From Promethearchaeota archaeon (lineage in GTDB: Archaea; Asgardarchaeota; Lokiarchaeia; Sigyniarchaeales; SOKP01): a DNA stretch of 64,000 nt. The position numbers and the translations under genes are program-made. The notes beneath the pieces are model-generated. The model was not told the DNA's origin. It ran no database searches and worked only from the letters and a program-made list of their open reading frames with translations. The stretch covers positions 40,260 to 104,259 of the forward strand of contig JAHLWS010000021.1 in NCBI GenBank assembly GCA_019057795.1. The letters run 5' to 3'. This document shows, piece by piece, positions 12,593 to 22,076 of the stretch (its first letter is position 1; the number at the start of each line of letters is the position of its first letter).

Positions 12593-13111
12593 ATGTTGAC
12601 TGAGAAAGATTATAAACTTTTGTTTGATGAAAAAATTAAAGAATTAGAACAATCACTACCTAAAATGAAAGAAGGCGTGAATTGTGCTGAATTAACTTTA
12701 ACAAATATTTTGGACATTTTGGGTCTCCACAATGGCGTATATAATAACATGATGATTCCTTTAGCGGGTGGACTTGGCGGTTACAAGTCTCAGAAAGGAT
12801 GGATGGGCGCTTGTGGGGCTGTGGCTGGGGGTTGTGCGGCGATTGGAGTGATTTTAGGCGGTAAGGAAAGGATGGATAACGCTCTAATTCCTATAGCATA
12901 CCTCAAAGCGGCAAAATTCGCGTCGGAATTTGAAAACGAGTTTGGTTCTGTTGTTTGTTCAGATTTATGCGGCGTAAGTTTCAGCGATCCCAATGGATAC
13001 ATCGAGTACAGACAAAACAATATCTGGTCAAAAACTTGCTGTAGATTTATATATTGGGCGATTGATGAAGTGAGAAAGCTAACGCGCAAACAATTGAAAA
13101 AGAATTGGTGA
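12593..13111 (+). CDS. C_GCAxxG_C_C family putative redox protein (paralog)
   Basis: NCAE, ACGAVAG, GSVVC, TCC. Start moved to ATG 12593, which follows a ggagtg SD-like motif (the track gives 12554). Confidence 0.8.
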   Translation: MLTEKDYKLLFDEKIKELEQSLPKMKEGVNCAELTLTNILDILGLHNGVYNNMMIPLAGGLGGYKSQKGWMGACGAVAGGCAAIGVILGGKERMDNALIPIAYLKAAKFASEFENEFGSVVCSDLCGVSFSDPNGYIEYRQNNIWSKTCCRFIYWAIDEVRKLTRKQLKKNW

Positions 13112-13112
13112 A

Positions 13113-14330
13113 ATGAAAGGAATTAAGTTTGTTTTTAATAATCGCTCAAGAGAGCCATCAATTGAGAAAGAATCTACCGATTTTATGTCTATAGATACTA
13201 TCCAAAAAGTCAGAAATTTCCACAAAAAGTTCTCTCAATATCAACCAACGCCACTTCGTTCGTTAGATGGTTTAGCCAATAAATTTCATATAGATAAAAT
13301 TTGGGTAAAAGACGAATCCTATAGGTTTGGATTGAATGCGTTCAAAGTTTTAGGAGGATCGTACGCAATTGGATTCTATCTTAGTCTTAAATTGGGTATT
13401 GATATTAGCGAACTGTCATTTGACGACTTAAAATCGCCCGAATATAAAAAAAAAATTGGAGAATTAACTTTTGTAACGGCCACAGATGGAAACCACGGGC
13501 GAGGTGTTGCGTGGGCTGCTAGAGAACTTGACCAAAAAGCCATCGTATTTATGCCTAAAGGCTCATCCAAGTTCCGCGTTAATAATATTAAAAAAGAAAA
13601 CGCTGAAGTTATCGTTACGGACGAATATTACGATGAAACAGTAAAAATAGCTGCGAATTTTGCAATTGAAAATAATGGCGTTTTAATTCAAGATACTGCT
13701 TGGGAAGGATACACCAAAATTCCAACCTGGATAATGCAGGGTTATGCAACTCTAATTGACGAGGTTTTTGAACAGTTAAAAATTGAGGGAAGATCCACGC
13801 CTACTCACGTATTCCTACAAGCAGGGGTTGGATCTTTAGCTGCAGGTGTTCAAGGATATCTTATGACTAAAGTAGGCAAAGAAAGACCCATAACTATTGT
13901 AATCGAACCGCATAACGCTGCGTGTCTATATAAATCAGCAAAGATTGGTGATAATAATCCGCATTCGGTTAAAGGGAAATTATCAACGATCATGGCAGGA
14001 CTTGCTTGTGGCAAACCTAGCATAATTGCCTGGGATGTTTTAAGAGATTACTCCGACGTCTTTATTTCTTGCTCAGATGATATTGCTGCTAAAGGTATGA
14101 GAATTTATGGTAATCCGCTACCAAACGACCCTCAAATAATTTCAGGAGAATCTGGAGCAGTTAGTTTAGGTTTAATGGCAGAAATACTTCAAAATAACAG
14201 TTACGGCGATCTTAAATCGAAAATGAATTTATCTAGCGAATCTAGAATTCTACTTATTAGTACAGAAGGAGATACAGACCCAGATCATTATAGAAAAGTT
14301 GTGTGGGATGGAAAATATCCTTTATTATAG
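13113..14330 (+). CDS. dpaL: Diaminopropionate ammonia-lyase (PLP-dependent)
   Basis: KDESYRFGLNAFKVLGGSYA, TATDGNHGRGVAW, QDTAWEGY, QAGVGS, STEGDTDP. Confidence 0.9.
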   Translation: MKGIKFVFNNRSREPSIEKESTDFMSIDTIQKVRNFHKKFSQYQPTPLRSLDGLANKFHIDKIWVKDESYRFGLNAFKVLGGSYAIGFYLSLKLGIDISELSFDDLKSPEYKKKIGELTFVTATDGNHGRGVAWAARELDQKAIVFMPKGSSKFRVNNIKKENAEVIVTDEYYDETVKIAANFAIENNGVLIQDTAWEGYTKIPTWIMQGYATLIDEVFEQLKIEGRSTPTHVFLQAGVGSLAAGVQGYLMTKVGKERPITIVIEPHNAACLYKSAKIGDNNPHSVKGKLSTIMAGLACGKPSIIAWDVLRDYSDVFISCSDDIAAKGMRIYGNPLPNDPQIISGESGAVSLGLMAEILQNNSYGDLKSKMNLSSESRILLISTEGDTDPDHYRKVVWDGKYPLL

Positions 14331-14516
14331 GATTATAGTAAAAGTTCCAGAACTTGCACCTAAATCAAATACCAAAACGGTAAAAACTTTATTATCCATA
14401 ATCACAATAAAATAATATTTTGAAAATTGATAATTTTTTAAGCAAATAGTATTTTATTAAAATTATTCAAAAGAAATTTTATTTCATTATACGATTATAC
14501 GATAGTGATTAGAGTT

Positions 14517-14759
14517 ATGACTGAAAATGAAACACGCTTCTGTCCTTACTGCGGCGTTAAGCTACAACGTCCTTATTGGGCCCACATCCAAAAAGAACAT
14601 CCAGAAAAGTATACTCAAAAAGAAACATGGGTAAAATTGTTTGAAGATTATACAAAATTAGGAATGGACGAAGATATATCCTTAACAGTAATTTCTGAAC
14701 TGTTTAACGCTACAAAAGAAGAAATAAAGTCTTTCTTAAAGAGTAGAAAAGTGCTTTAG
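14517..14759 (+). CDS. Small C2H2-type zinc-finger protein
   Basis: CPYCG...HIQKEHP motif. ATG 14517 is preferred over GTG 14505. Confidence 0.7.
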   Translation: MTENETRFCPYCGVKLQRPYWAHIQKEHPEKYTQKETWVKLFEDYTKLGMDEDISLTVISELFNATKEEIKSFLKSRKVL

Positions 14760-14860
14760 TCTTATTTTTTAGTTGTGAGCTTTTGTTTTCTAATTAATAT
14801 TTGAAAATAAAAATAAATAGAAAAATAGTAGTAAATATGTTAATTATACAACATTTTTAG

Positions 14861-15160
14861 TTAGAAATCTTCTTCGTCTTCTTCTAGTAGTCCCGATTGT
14901 TTTAATAGATCCTCAACACTATCTCTCATTTTCATTACTTGCTCGTTTTCTGAGAGTTTAAGGTTATCAATAACTGTGTCTGAGAATTCCATAAATTGCT
15001 TAATTGAGGCACTCGAAAATTCTTTAATTTTCTCTGAAGTTTCTTCAATAAAATCTTTACCACTTTCTCCAAAAGCCCCGCCAACGAAATCTACAAATGC
15101 TGTATTCAATTTATCTAAGATATTTTCCTTCTTCTCTTCTCCTTCTTCACTCATTGCCAA
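14861..15160 (-). CDS. Acidic helical hypothetical protein
   Basis: Intact 99-aa ORF with host-like composition and no recognised motif. Confidence 0.65.
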   Translation of the reverse strand: MAMSEEGEEKKENILDKLNTAFVDFVGGAFGESGKDFIEETSEKIKEFSSASIKQFMEFSDTVIDNLKLSENEQVMKMRDSVEDLLKQSGLLEEDEEDF

Positions 15161-15345
15161 TTTACCTTTTTTAATTTAATTAACTTTTATTTCACTTTTA
15201 TTTCATAAAATAAATTTACTTGCATTAAATAATTTTTTCAAATTCTTATGTATATTTGTTATATGATTTTAATGACAACCATACCATTTTATGCGTTCTT
15301 ATAAAAAATTTTGAAAGGTTAAAAATAAAAATTTTAAATAATGCT

Positions 15346-16335
15346 TTAAAAATCAATATCTTGCCCAATTCCTTCTTTTAAGGCTCGATCATAAACTAGT
15401 TTTCCAACTGCTACATCTTGCGCGCTTATTCCTACAGATTTAAACACAGTTATCTCCGATTCAGAAGTTCGACTAGAAACCTTTCCGGTTATAATATTTC
15501 CTATCGAAATTATATCCTTTTCAGAAATAAGCCCTTCACTAATAGGAATTATATAATCACCTGCTTCAGCTAAACAAGCTTCTTTTAATCCAGCTACAAG
15601 TAAAGAAGCTCTTTTTATTGTTGTAGAGTCTAATTCCCGAACATCGGCGGCATGAGCACCAATAGAAGCGATATGCGTACCCTCAGCCACTTTATCTCCT
15701 GAAAATAAGGGAGTTGTGCTCGTAGTTGCTGCGACTATGATGTCAGTATTAGACAGTAGGTCGTCTCCAGACTCGGCGATCTCAACTTCAATTCCTAATT
15801 CTTTTTCGATTTCGGTTTTAAAAGCTTCAGCAATATCTTTTTTAAAATCAAAAACTTTACATTTCTCTAATTTTTGGTTTAATCCGTAATAAACACCCTC
15901 TACTTGCTTTCTTGCTTGAACGCCTGCGCTATAAATACCCATTGTAGTACTATTTTTTCGCGCTAAGTATTTTACAGAGACACCAGTTGCTGCCCCGGTT
16001 CGTATTGCCGTAATAAGACCTCCATCCATAATTCCAACGATATCTCCCGTATTTATGTCTTGAATCATAATCTTTGCTAAAACAGTCGGCATGTTATACT
16101 TTTCTGGGTTTTGTTTATACACCGAAACAATTTTAGTTGCTAGAGCGCTCATATCGCCTCCAATGATGCCCGGCATTATCAATGTTAATCCTGGAGCTGG
16201 ATCTGTAATAGCAATTCGTTGAGGAACAAAGGCATTTCCTAAAGTTAATTGTTTATAAGCTTCTTCGACGTATTTTAACGCGTCTGACATGTTTAGCAAC
16301 TGAGCTACATTTTCCTTGGTTAATATCCTTACCAT
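15346..16335 (-). CDS. Ornithine cyclodeaminase / archaeal alanine dehydrogenase (mu-crystallin) family
   Basis: ITAIRTGAA, AGVQA, ATTSTTP, FKSVGISAQD. Confidence 0.9.
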   Translation of the reverse strand: MVRILTKENVAQLLNMSDALKYVEEAYKQLTLGNAFVPQRIAITDPAPGLTLIMPGIIGGDMSALATKIVSVYKQNPEKYNMPTVLAKIMIQDINTGDIVGIMDGGLITAIRTGAATGVSVKYLARKNSTTMGIYSAGVQARKQVEGVYYGLNQKLEKCKVFDFKKDIAEAFKTEIEKELGIEVEIAESGDDLLSNTDIIVAATTSTTPLFSGDKVAEGTHIASIGAHAADVRELDSTTIKRASLLVAGLKEACLAEAGDYIIPISEGLISEKDIISIGNIITGKVSSRTSESEITVFKSVGISAQDVAVGKLVYDRALKEGIGQDIDF

Positions 16336-16453
16336 TTTTAAAAATTCAACTCTTTTTGATTGATATATTAATGAAAATATTATTCGGGAACTATTAAATT
16401 AATATATTTAAATTTTAAAAGCATCAAATATTTTTTGTTATAAGTGAAGATTT

Positions 16454-17935
16454 ATGAGCAGAGATCATTTCCTACAAGGATTTTTAAATCCTAAAAGCGT
16501 CGCTTTTTATGGCGCTAATAATAAAGGTGGTTCTTTAGCAGCAATTCAAATCATGAACCTAATAAAAGCCGAGTACAGCGGGAACGTATATCCAATCCAT
16601 CTTAAACTAGATACCGTTATGGGGTTTAAAGCTTATAAAACGCTTTCCGAAGTTCCTAAAGTTCCTGATCTTGTTGTTATTGTACTTAATTCCAAAATGG
16701 TCCCTCAAATTTTTAGAGAGTGTGGAGAAAAGGGTGTGAATAAAATAATTCTGATATCTGGGGGCTTTCGTGAATTAATTGACGACCGTAAAAACACGCT
16801 TACAGAAGAAATTAACGAAATTGCTAAAAATTATGGGATACGGTTTATTGGTCCAAATTGCTTAGGTTTGTTCAACAATTGGTTCGAACCTAGTAATAAA
16901 AGGAGTTCCTTTAATATTGCCATATGGGAACGTTTAAAGAAAGGAAATTTTTCAATAGCTTCCCAAAGTGGAACCTTGTCTTCTCACATTTGGTTTGACC
17001 CCGAAAGCTTAGATTTAGGACTAAGTAAATCCTTATCGGTTGGAAACGAAGCTAATATTGATCTCGTAGATTGCTTACAATATTATAAAGATGATAAAGA
17101 AACTGAAGTAATCGGACTATACATCGAAGAATTAAAGCGTGGAAAAGAATTCTTAGAATTAGCAAGGGAAACAACCCCTAACAAACCGATTATCGCGATT
17201 TATGTAGGGGGATCTCAGGGAGGGAATCGCGCTTTACAAAGCCATACAGGATCAATAGCGGGTGATTCTAAAATATATAACGCCGTTTTTAAAGAAACTG
17301 GTATTATTAGTACTGATTACGTTCAAGAATTTTTAGATATTGCTTTAATACTATCAAACGGGATTATACCAAAGGGTAATCGAATAGGTATTATAACTAA
17401 TTCTGGAGGTCCAGGGGCTATGATTGCAAATAACGCCGAAAAGCACGGTTTAATCGTTCCAGAACTTTCAGAACCGCTCCAAAAGGAATTAAAAGCTAAG
17501 TTGCCTTCAACAGCTAGTTTTAAAAATCCTGTGGATTGCACGTTCGATATGAATCTTCCCTACTTTTATATAACTCTTCCAGAAATGTTAATGAAATCCG
17601 GCGAAATAGATGCTATTTTCCAGTATGGCGTAGTTGGATTTCAAGATGTAATGGACGATTATCTTAAAAACGAAAAAATTGCAAAATACGCGGAATTCCA
17701 ACATCAATCGGAAGAATTTATGGACAATTTAGCTGAAAAATTGCTCCAGCCAACCATGAAGAACTGTCAAAAGTATTCTGTTCCGATATTATACATTAAT
17801 CCAATGAGTTTTACTAGTCCGTGGTCAAAGAGACTAAGGAAGAACGGAGCTTTACTTTTTAAGTTATGGGATCGTCCTGTTAACGCCTTGGCAAAAGTAT
17901 GCGAATACGTTAATTACAAGCAAAAAATTAAATGA
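16454..17935 (+). CDS. ADP-forming acyl/acetate-CoA ligase alpha-subunit family (CoA-binding)
   Basis: LNPKSVA, IGPNCLG, SQSG, SVGNEA, SHTGSIAG (phospho-His), NSGGPG, NPVD. Confidence 0.88.
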   Translation: MSRDHFLQGFLNPKSVAFYGANNKGGSLAAIQIMNLIKAEYSGNVYPIHLKLDTVMGFKAYKTLSEVPKVPDLVVIVLNSKMVPQIFRECGEKGVNKIILISGGFRELIDDRKNTLTEEINEIAKNYGIRFIGPNCLGLFNNWFEPSNKRSSFNIAIWERLKKGNFSIASQSGTLSSHIWFDPESLDLGLSKSLSVGNEANIDLVDCLQYYKDDKETEVIGLYIEELKRGKEFLELARETTPNKPIIAIYVGGSQGGNRALQSHTGSIAGDSKIYNAVFKETGIISTDYVQEFLDIALILSNGIIPKGNRIGIITNSGGPGAMIANNAEKHGLIVPELSEPLQKELKAKLPSTASFKNPVDCTFDMNLPYFYITLPEMLMKSGEIDAIFQYGVVGFQDVMDDYLKNEKIAKYAEFQHQSEEFMDNLAEKLLQPTMKNCQKYSVPILYINPMSFTSPWSKRLRKNGALLFKLWDRPVNALAKVCEYVNYKQKIK

Positions 17936-17936
17936 C

Positions 17937-19184
17937 TTACAATATATCTTTTGATATAGATAAAGCACAATGATTCCCGCACATAGTGCAAATCTCTTCA
18001 TTATCTAAATGTCTTTTTTTTGGTTCGTCAGGGTCTATACAATATTCAAATTGTTTTTTTCAGTTCTTTAAGAATCGATTCTTTGAGAGCTCTAAATCGT
18101 TGTTAAATAGATCGTTCAACCCAAATTTCATAGAGTCACCGACATGGGCAGCAATTTTACAAGCAATTAATCCATTTTTAATATCATCAAGAGAAGGTAG
18201 ACAAAGGTGTTCCGCTGGTGTGATTGCACATATGTAATCTGCACCAAAACCAGAGGCAAATGCTCCCCCGATCGCCGCAGCAATATGATCGTGACCTGTG
18301 GCGATATCAATGGGAAGTGGACCTGAAACAAATAACGGCCGATTATTGGTTAATTTTTTATGTAGTTTTACCCATTTAATTATGTCTTTTGCGTTTATAT
18401 GACCTCCCAAACTTTCTAATATTACTTGAAGACCGGCTTTGTTTGCTATTTTGGCTAACTTATTATTTGTTTTTATTTCTGAGAGTTGAAATTCATCCAC
18501 TTTATCGTGAATGCATCCACTTCTCAATGCATTTCCTAGGTTTATTACAATGTCGTATTCTTTAATTAGTTCGAGAATGTGTCCAAAATTTTGTAGAAAC
18601 GGGTTTTCAATATTGTTAGATTTCATTACAGAGGCCGTTAAACTACCTCCTTTTGAAACTATTTTCATTATTCTTTTTCCTTTCATTTTATTCAGAGTTT
18701 CAAGGCTAAAACCAGTATGTATAACGATGGAACTAATTCCGTCTTTTATTTGCTTTTCGATTACTTTGAAAATCATATCTTCTGAAACATTTGAAACAGA
18801 ATCTGCTTCAATAATAGCTTGATAAATTGGAACGGTGGTTATAGGAATGCTTGAAATCTCTAAAACTCTCTTTCTAATCGCGTCAATATCACCTCCCATC
18901 GAGAGATCAGACAAAGTATCAGCTCCATATTTCTGAGCAATTTCTACTTTTTTAAATTCTTCACTTAAGTTTATAGCCGAAGAGGATGTACCAAAATTAA
19001 CGTTAATCTTTGTTCGCAAAGGGAAACCTATACCCACAGGTTTAAAACTCTCCCTCTTCATTATAACCACCTCTCCTTTTGAGATCTTTTTCATAAGTTT
19101 CCTAACATCAACTCTTTCGATCTCGGCTATGTGGAGCATTTCTTTAGTAATATTGCCTTTTAAGGCTTCCTCGAAAATTGTCAT
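17937..19184 (-). pseudogene. thiC: ThiC-family phosphomethylpyrimidine synthase-like gene interrupted by an in-frame TGA at 18060-18062
   Basis: TKINVNFGTS, GADTLSDLS, TVPIYQA, GHDHI, TPAEHL. After the TGA the frame continues KKQFEYCIDPDEPKKRHLDNEEICTMCGNHCALSISKDIL* (TAA 17937-17939), which holds the ThiC Fe-S motif CxxCxxxC. Confidence 0.85.
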
Positions 19185-19440
19185 TATCTCGAAATTATTT
19201 CCGTTTAGATTATATAAGGTAGTAATGAAAAAAATTCAATTAAAATTTACTATTAAAATAAAACGAGTATATTTCAAATTGCTACATCCAATATTAAGTC
19301 ATTTATAGAACTTAATTTGTCAAATGTTTATGTATTTGCATTTCCATTTACTTAAATGTAAATATTTAAATACAAATGAAATATAGAGCTAATTTACATT
19401 TAAGTAAAAATCATATTTCTTAGATGAAAAAAAAATAAAG

Positions 19441-19776
19441 GTGAAAAATATGCCGTATGTGTTTACATATAGTTTAATACCAGCTCATAAAACAATTAAA
19501 TCAGCGGAAATATTTTTAAAAGAGAGGAAAGACGAGCGAGCTGCTGTGAGACCATTAGCTAAAGAAATTATACCAAATGCTGTAAAGGCTACTATGGATG
19601 GTATTGAAGTCATTAGCGTTCACGATGTAAAAGAAGGAAAATTAGAGGAATTTCTAAATTTACAACAAAAATTAATGGTTGCGTACCATGACATAGAAGG
19701 GTTTAAATATAACATCGAAGTTCGGTTCAAAATAACAGAAGCACTAGAAATGGTCGGAATGAAGATGCCTGAGTAG
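19441..19776 (+). CDS. Hypothetical protein
   Basis: Intact 111-aa ORF followed by a T-rich tract; no recognised motif. Confidence 0.65.
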   Translation: MKNMPYVFTYSLIPAHKTIKSAEIFLKERKDERAAVRPLAKEIIPNAVKATMDGIEVISVHDVKEGKLEEFLNLQQKLMVAYHDIEGFKYNIEVRFKITEALEMVGMKMPE

Positions 19777-20009
19777 TACTTTAATAATTAATATTATTTA
19801 ATTTTACTTTTTTTTTATAGAATATTTTTGTTGAAAATCCCTTAAATACAAAAGTGAAAACAACAATTTTTTTCTATTTTAATTGGAAGAAGCACTTATA
19901 TATTGCAATTCAGAAAGATTTAATAGAAAATCTGTAGTTATAGAAATATTCAATTTTTAAAAAAAATAATTTAAATAAAATCCAAATAAAAAAGAAGAGT
20001 CGTTAAATT

Positions 20010-21995
20010 ATGAGCGATGATAGAAAAAAACTCTGGGAACCTTCAGATGAGTGGATTAAGAATGCAGAAATCACTCGTTTTATTGAATTTGTCAATAAAG
20101 AATACGGTCAAGATATTAAAGGCGGGAAAGACCTTTATAAATGGTCGGTAACTAAAATTCCCGACTTTTGGGAGGCTGTGTGGAAATTTACGGATATTAT
20201 TTCTTCTAAACCTTATGATAAAGTTGTTGAGGACTTAAAAGTTTTCCCTGGGACCAATTGGTTTCCTGGATGCCTTCTTAACTTTGCAGAGAACCTTTTA
20301 AAGTATAAAGATGATCAATTGGCTTTTGTATTTCAAGGAGAAACTAAAGTTACTAAACAAATGACATATGCCGAGCTAAACAAAACTGTAGCTCGTTTGG
20401 CAAAATCTCTTAAAGAAATGGGAGTTAAAGTAGGTGATAGAGTAGTTTCATATATCCCAAATCTTATTGAAACACCAATAGCTATGCTTGCGGCTACTGC
20501 AATAGGGGCCACATGGGCTTCTTGTGGAGCAGAATTACAACCAAGCGCAGTCATCGATAGATTCGGGCAAATTGAACCCAAAGCCCTCTTTACAGTTGAT
20601 GGATATTATTACAGGGATAAAAAATTCAATATTAGTGAGAATGCCAAAGTTGTTGTAGATGCCATTCCTTCTATAGAAAAAGTAGTGGTGGTATCCTATA
20701 TATCTGATAAAGCAGATGTTAGTGGAATTCCTAAAGCGGTAAATTGGGAGGAATTTATTTCAAAAGACGACGATCATGCTCTCGAATTTGAGCAATTACC
20801 TTTTGATCACCCATTATATGTGATGTTTTCATCCGGAACAACGGGAAAACCTAAATGTATGGTTCAAGGCGCTGGTGGCGTATTGATCAATCATTTAAAA
20901 GAATTAATCTTATCTACTGATGTAAAAAGAAGCGATGTCATTAATTATATTACGGCACCCTCTTGGATGATGTGGAACTGGCTTATCAGTGCCTTAGCCA
21001 CGGGTGCAACAATATTCTTGTATGATGGTAATCCGCTATTTCCAGAACCATTAAGGTTTTTTGAATTAATAGAAAAACATAAGGTAACTATATTTGGTAC
21101 TAGTGCTGCGTATATTCATTACCTAATGGGGCTTGGGGTAAAACCTGCTGAGAAATACGACCTAAGTGCATTAAGAGAGATCTCGCAAACCGCATCTACA
21201 TTATCTCCTGAAGGTTTTGAATATGTCTATCGAGAGATTAAAAAAGATCTCTTTTTCAATTCAATTAGTGGCGGAACAGATATTAACGGTTGTTTTGCTG
21301 GAGCGATACCTATTTTACCGGTATATTCTGGAGAATTGCAAGGGCGTGCATTAGGTATGAAAGTAGAATCGTATTCTGGGAAAGCTGAACCTATCGAAGA
21401 TGAACAAGCTGAACTAGTATGTGAAGCTCCCACACCTTCGATGCCAACCTATTTCTGGGGCGATGACGATAACATGACAAAATATAAAGCTGCCTATTTT
21501 GACTATTATAAAGACATAGGAAAAATGGTTTGGAGACATGGCGATTATATAGTCATTCATAGCGATACAGGCGGTATTACCTTCTGGGGTCGATCGGACG
21601 CAGTTTTAAAACCTTCTGGAGTGCGAATTGGTACTGCAGAAATCTATAATGTTGTAGAACAATTACCTGAGATCGCTGATAGTCTTGTTATAGGTCAAAA
21701 ATGGGAAGGAGATGTACGCATTATAATGTTTGTTCTCTTGAATGAGGGTTACGGATTAACTGACGCTTTACAAGCCAAGATTAGGACAACATTGCGTGAA
21801 AAGACATCCCCAAGGCATGTGCCAAAATTAATCTTTAAAGCACCCGAAGATGGCATTCCTTATACTTTCAGCAACAAGAAAGTCGAAATTGCCGTGACAA
21901 AGATCATTCACGGTATGGAAGTGGCCAACCGAAGCGCATTAAGGAATCCCACATCTTTAGATTACTATATGGAAATGAAAGACAAGTTAAATTAA
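20010..21995 (+). CDS. Acetoacetate--CoA ligase (AMP-forming)
   Basis: LNFAENLL, FSSGTTGKPK, WMMWNW, SISGGTD, WRHGD, GRSDAVLKPSGVRIGTAEIY, SPRHVP. Confidence 0.92.
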   Translation: MSDDRKKLWEPSDEWIKNAEITRFIEFVNKEYGQDIKGGKDLYKWSVTKIPDFWEAVWKFTDIISSKPYDKVVEDLKVFPGTNWFPGCLLNFAENLLKYKDDQLAFVFQGETKVTKQMTYAELNKTVARLAKSLKEMGVKVGDRVVSYIPNLIETPIAMLAATAIGATWASCGAELQPSAVIDRFGQIEPKALFTVDGYYYRDKKFNISENAKVVVDAIPSIEKVVVVSYISDKADVSGIPKAVNWEEFISKDDDHALEFEQLPFDHPLYVMFSSGTTGKPKCMVQGAGGVLINHLKELILSTDVKRSDVINYITAPSWMMWNWLISALATGATIFLYDGNPLFPEPLRFFELIEKHKVTIFGTSAAYIHYLMGLGVKPAEKYDLSALREISQTASTLSPEGFEYVYREIKKDLFFNSISGGTDINGCFAGAIPILPVYSGELQGRALGMKVESYSGKAEPIEDEQAELVCEAPTPSMPTYFWGDDDNMTKYKAAYFDYYKDIGKMVWRHGDYIVIHSDTGGITFWGRSDAVLKPSGVRIGTAEIYNVVEQLPEIADSLVIGQKWEGDVRIIMFVLLNEGYGLTDALQAKIRTTLREKTSPRHVPKLIFKAPEDGIPYTFSNKKVEIAVTKIIHGMEVANRSALRNPTSLDYYMEMKDKLN

Positions 21996-22076
21996 AACAA
22001 TAAATTTTATTATTATTATTATTCTTTATAATTTTGATTATAGAAAATCCATCATCTTCTTTCGTACAATTAATCT

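Noticed and set aside
18060-18062. Selenocysteine or genome-wide TGA reassignment as an explanation of the thiC TGA
   Set aside because: The position corresponds to Trp, not Cys. No SECIS was recognised, and several intact genes in the window use TGA as a normal stop.
19185-19440. TPP riboswitch upstream of thiC
   Set aside because: The region is AT-rich and has no recognisable TPP aptamer core.
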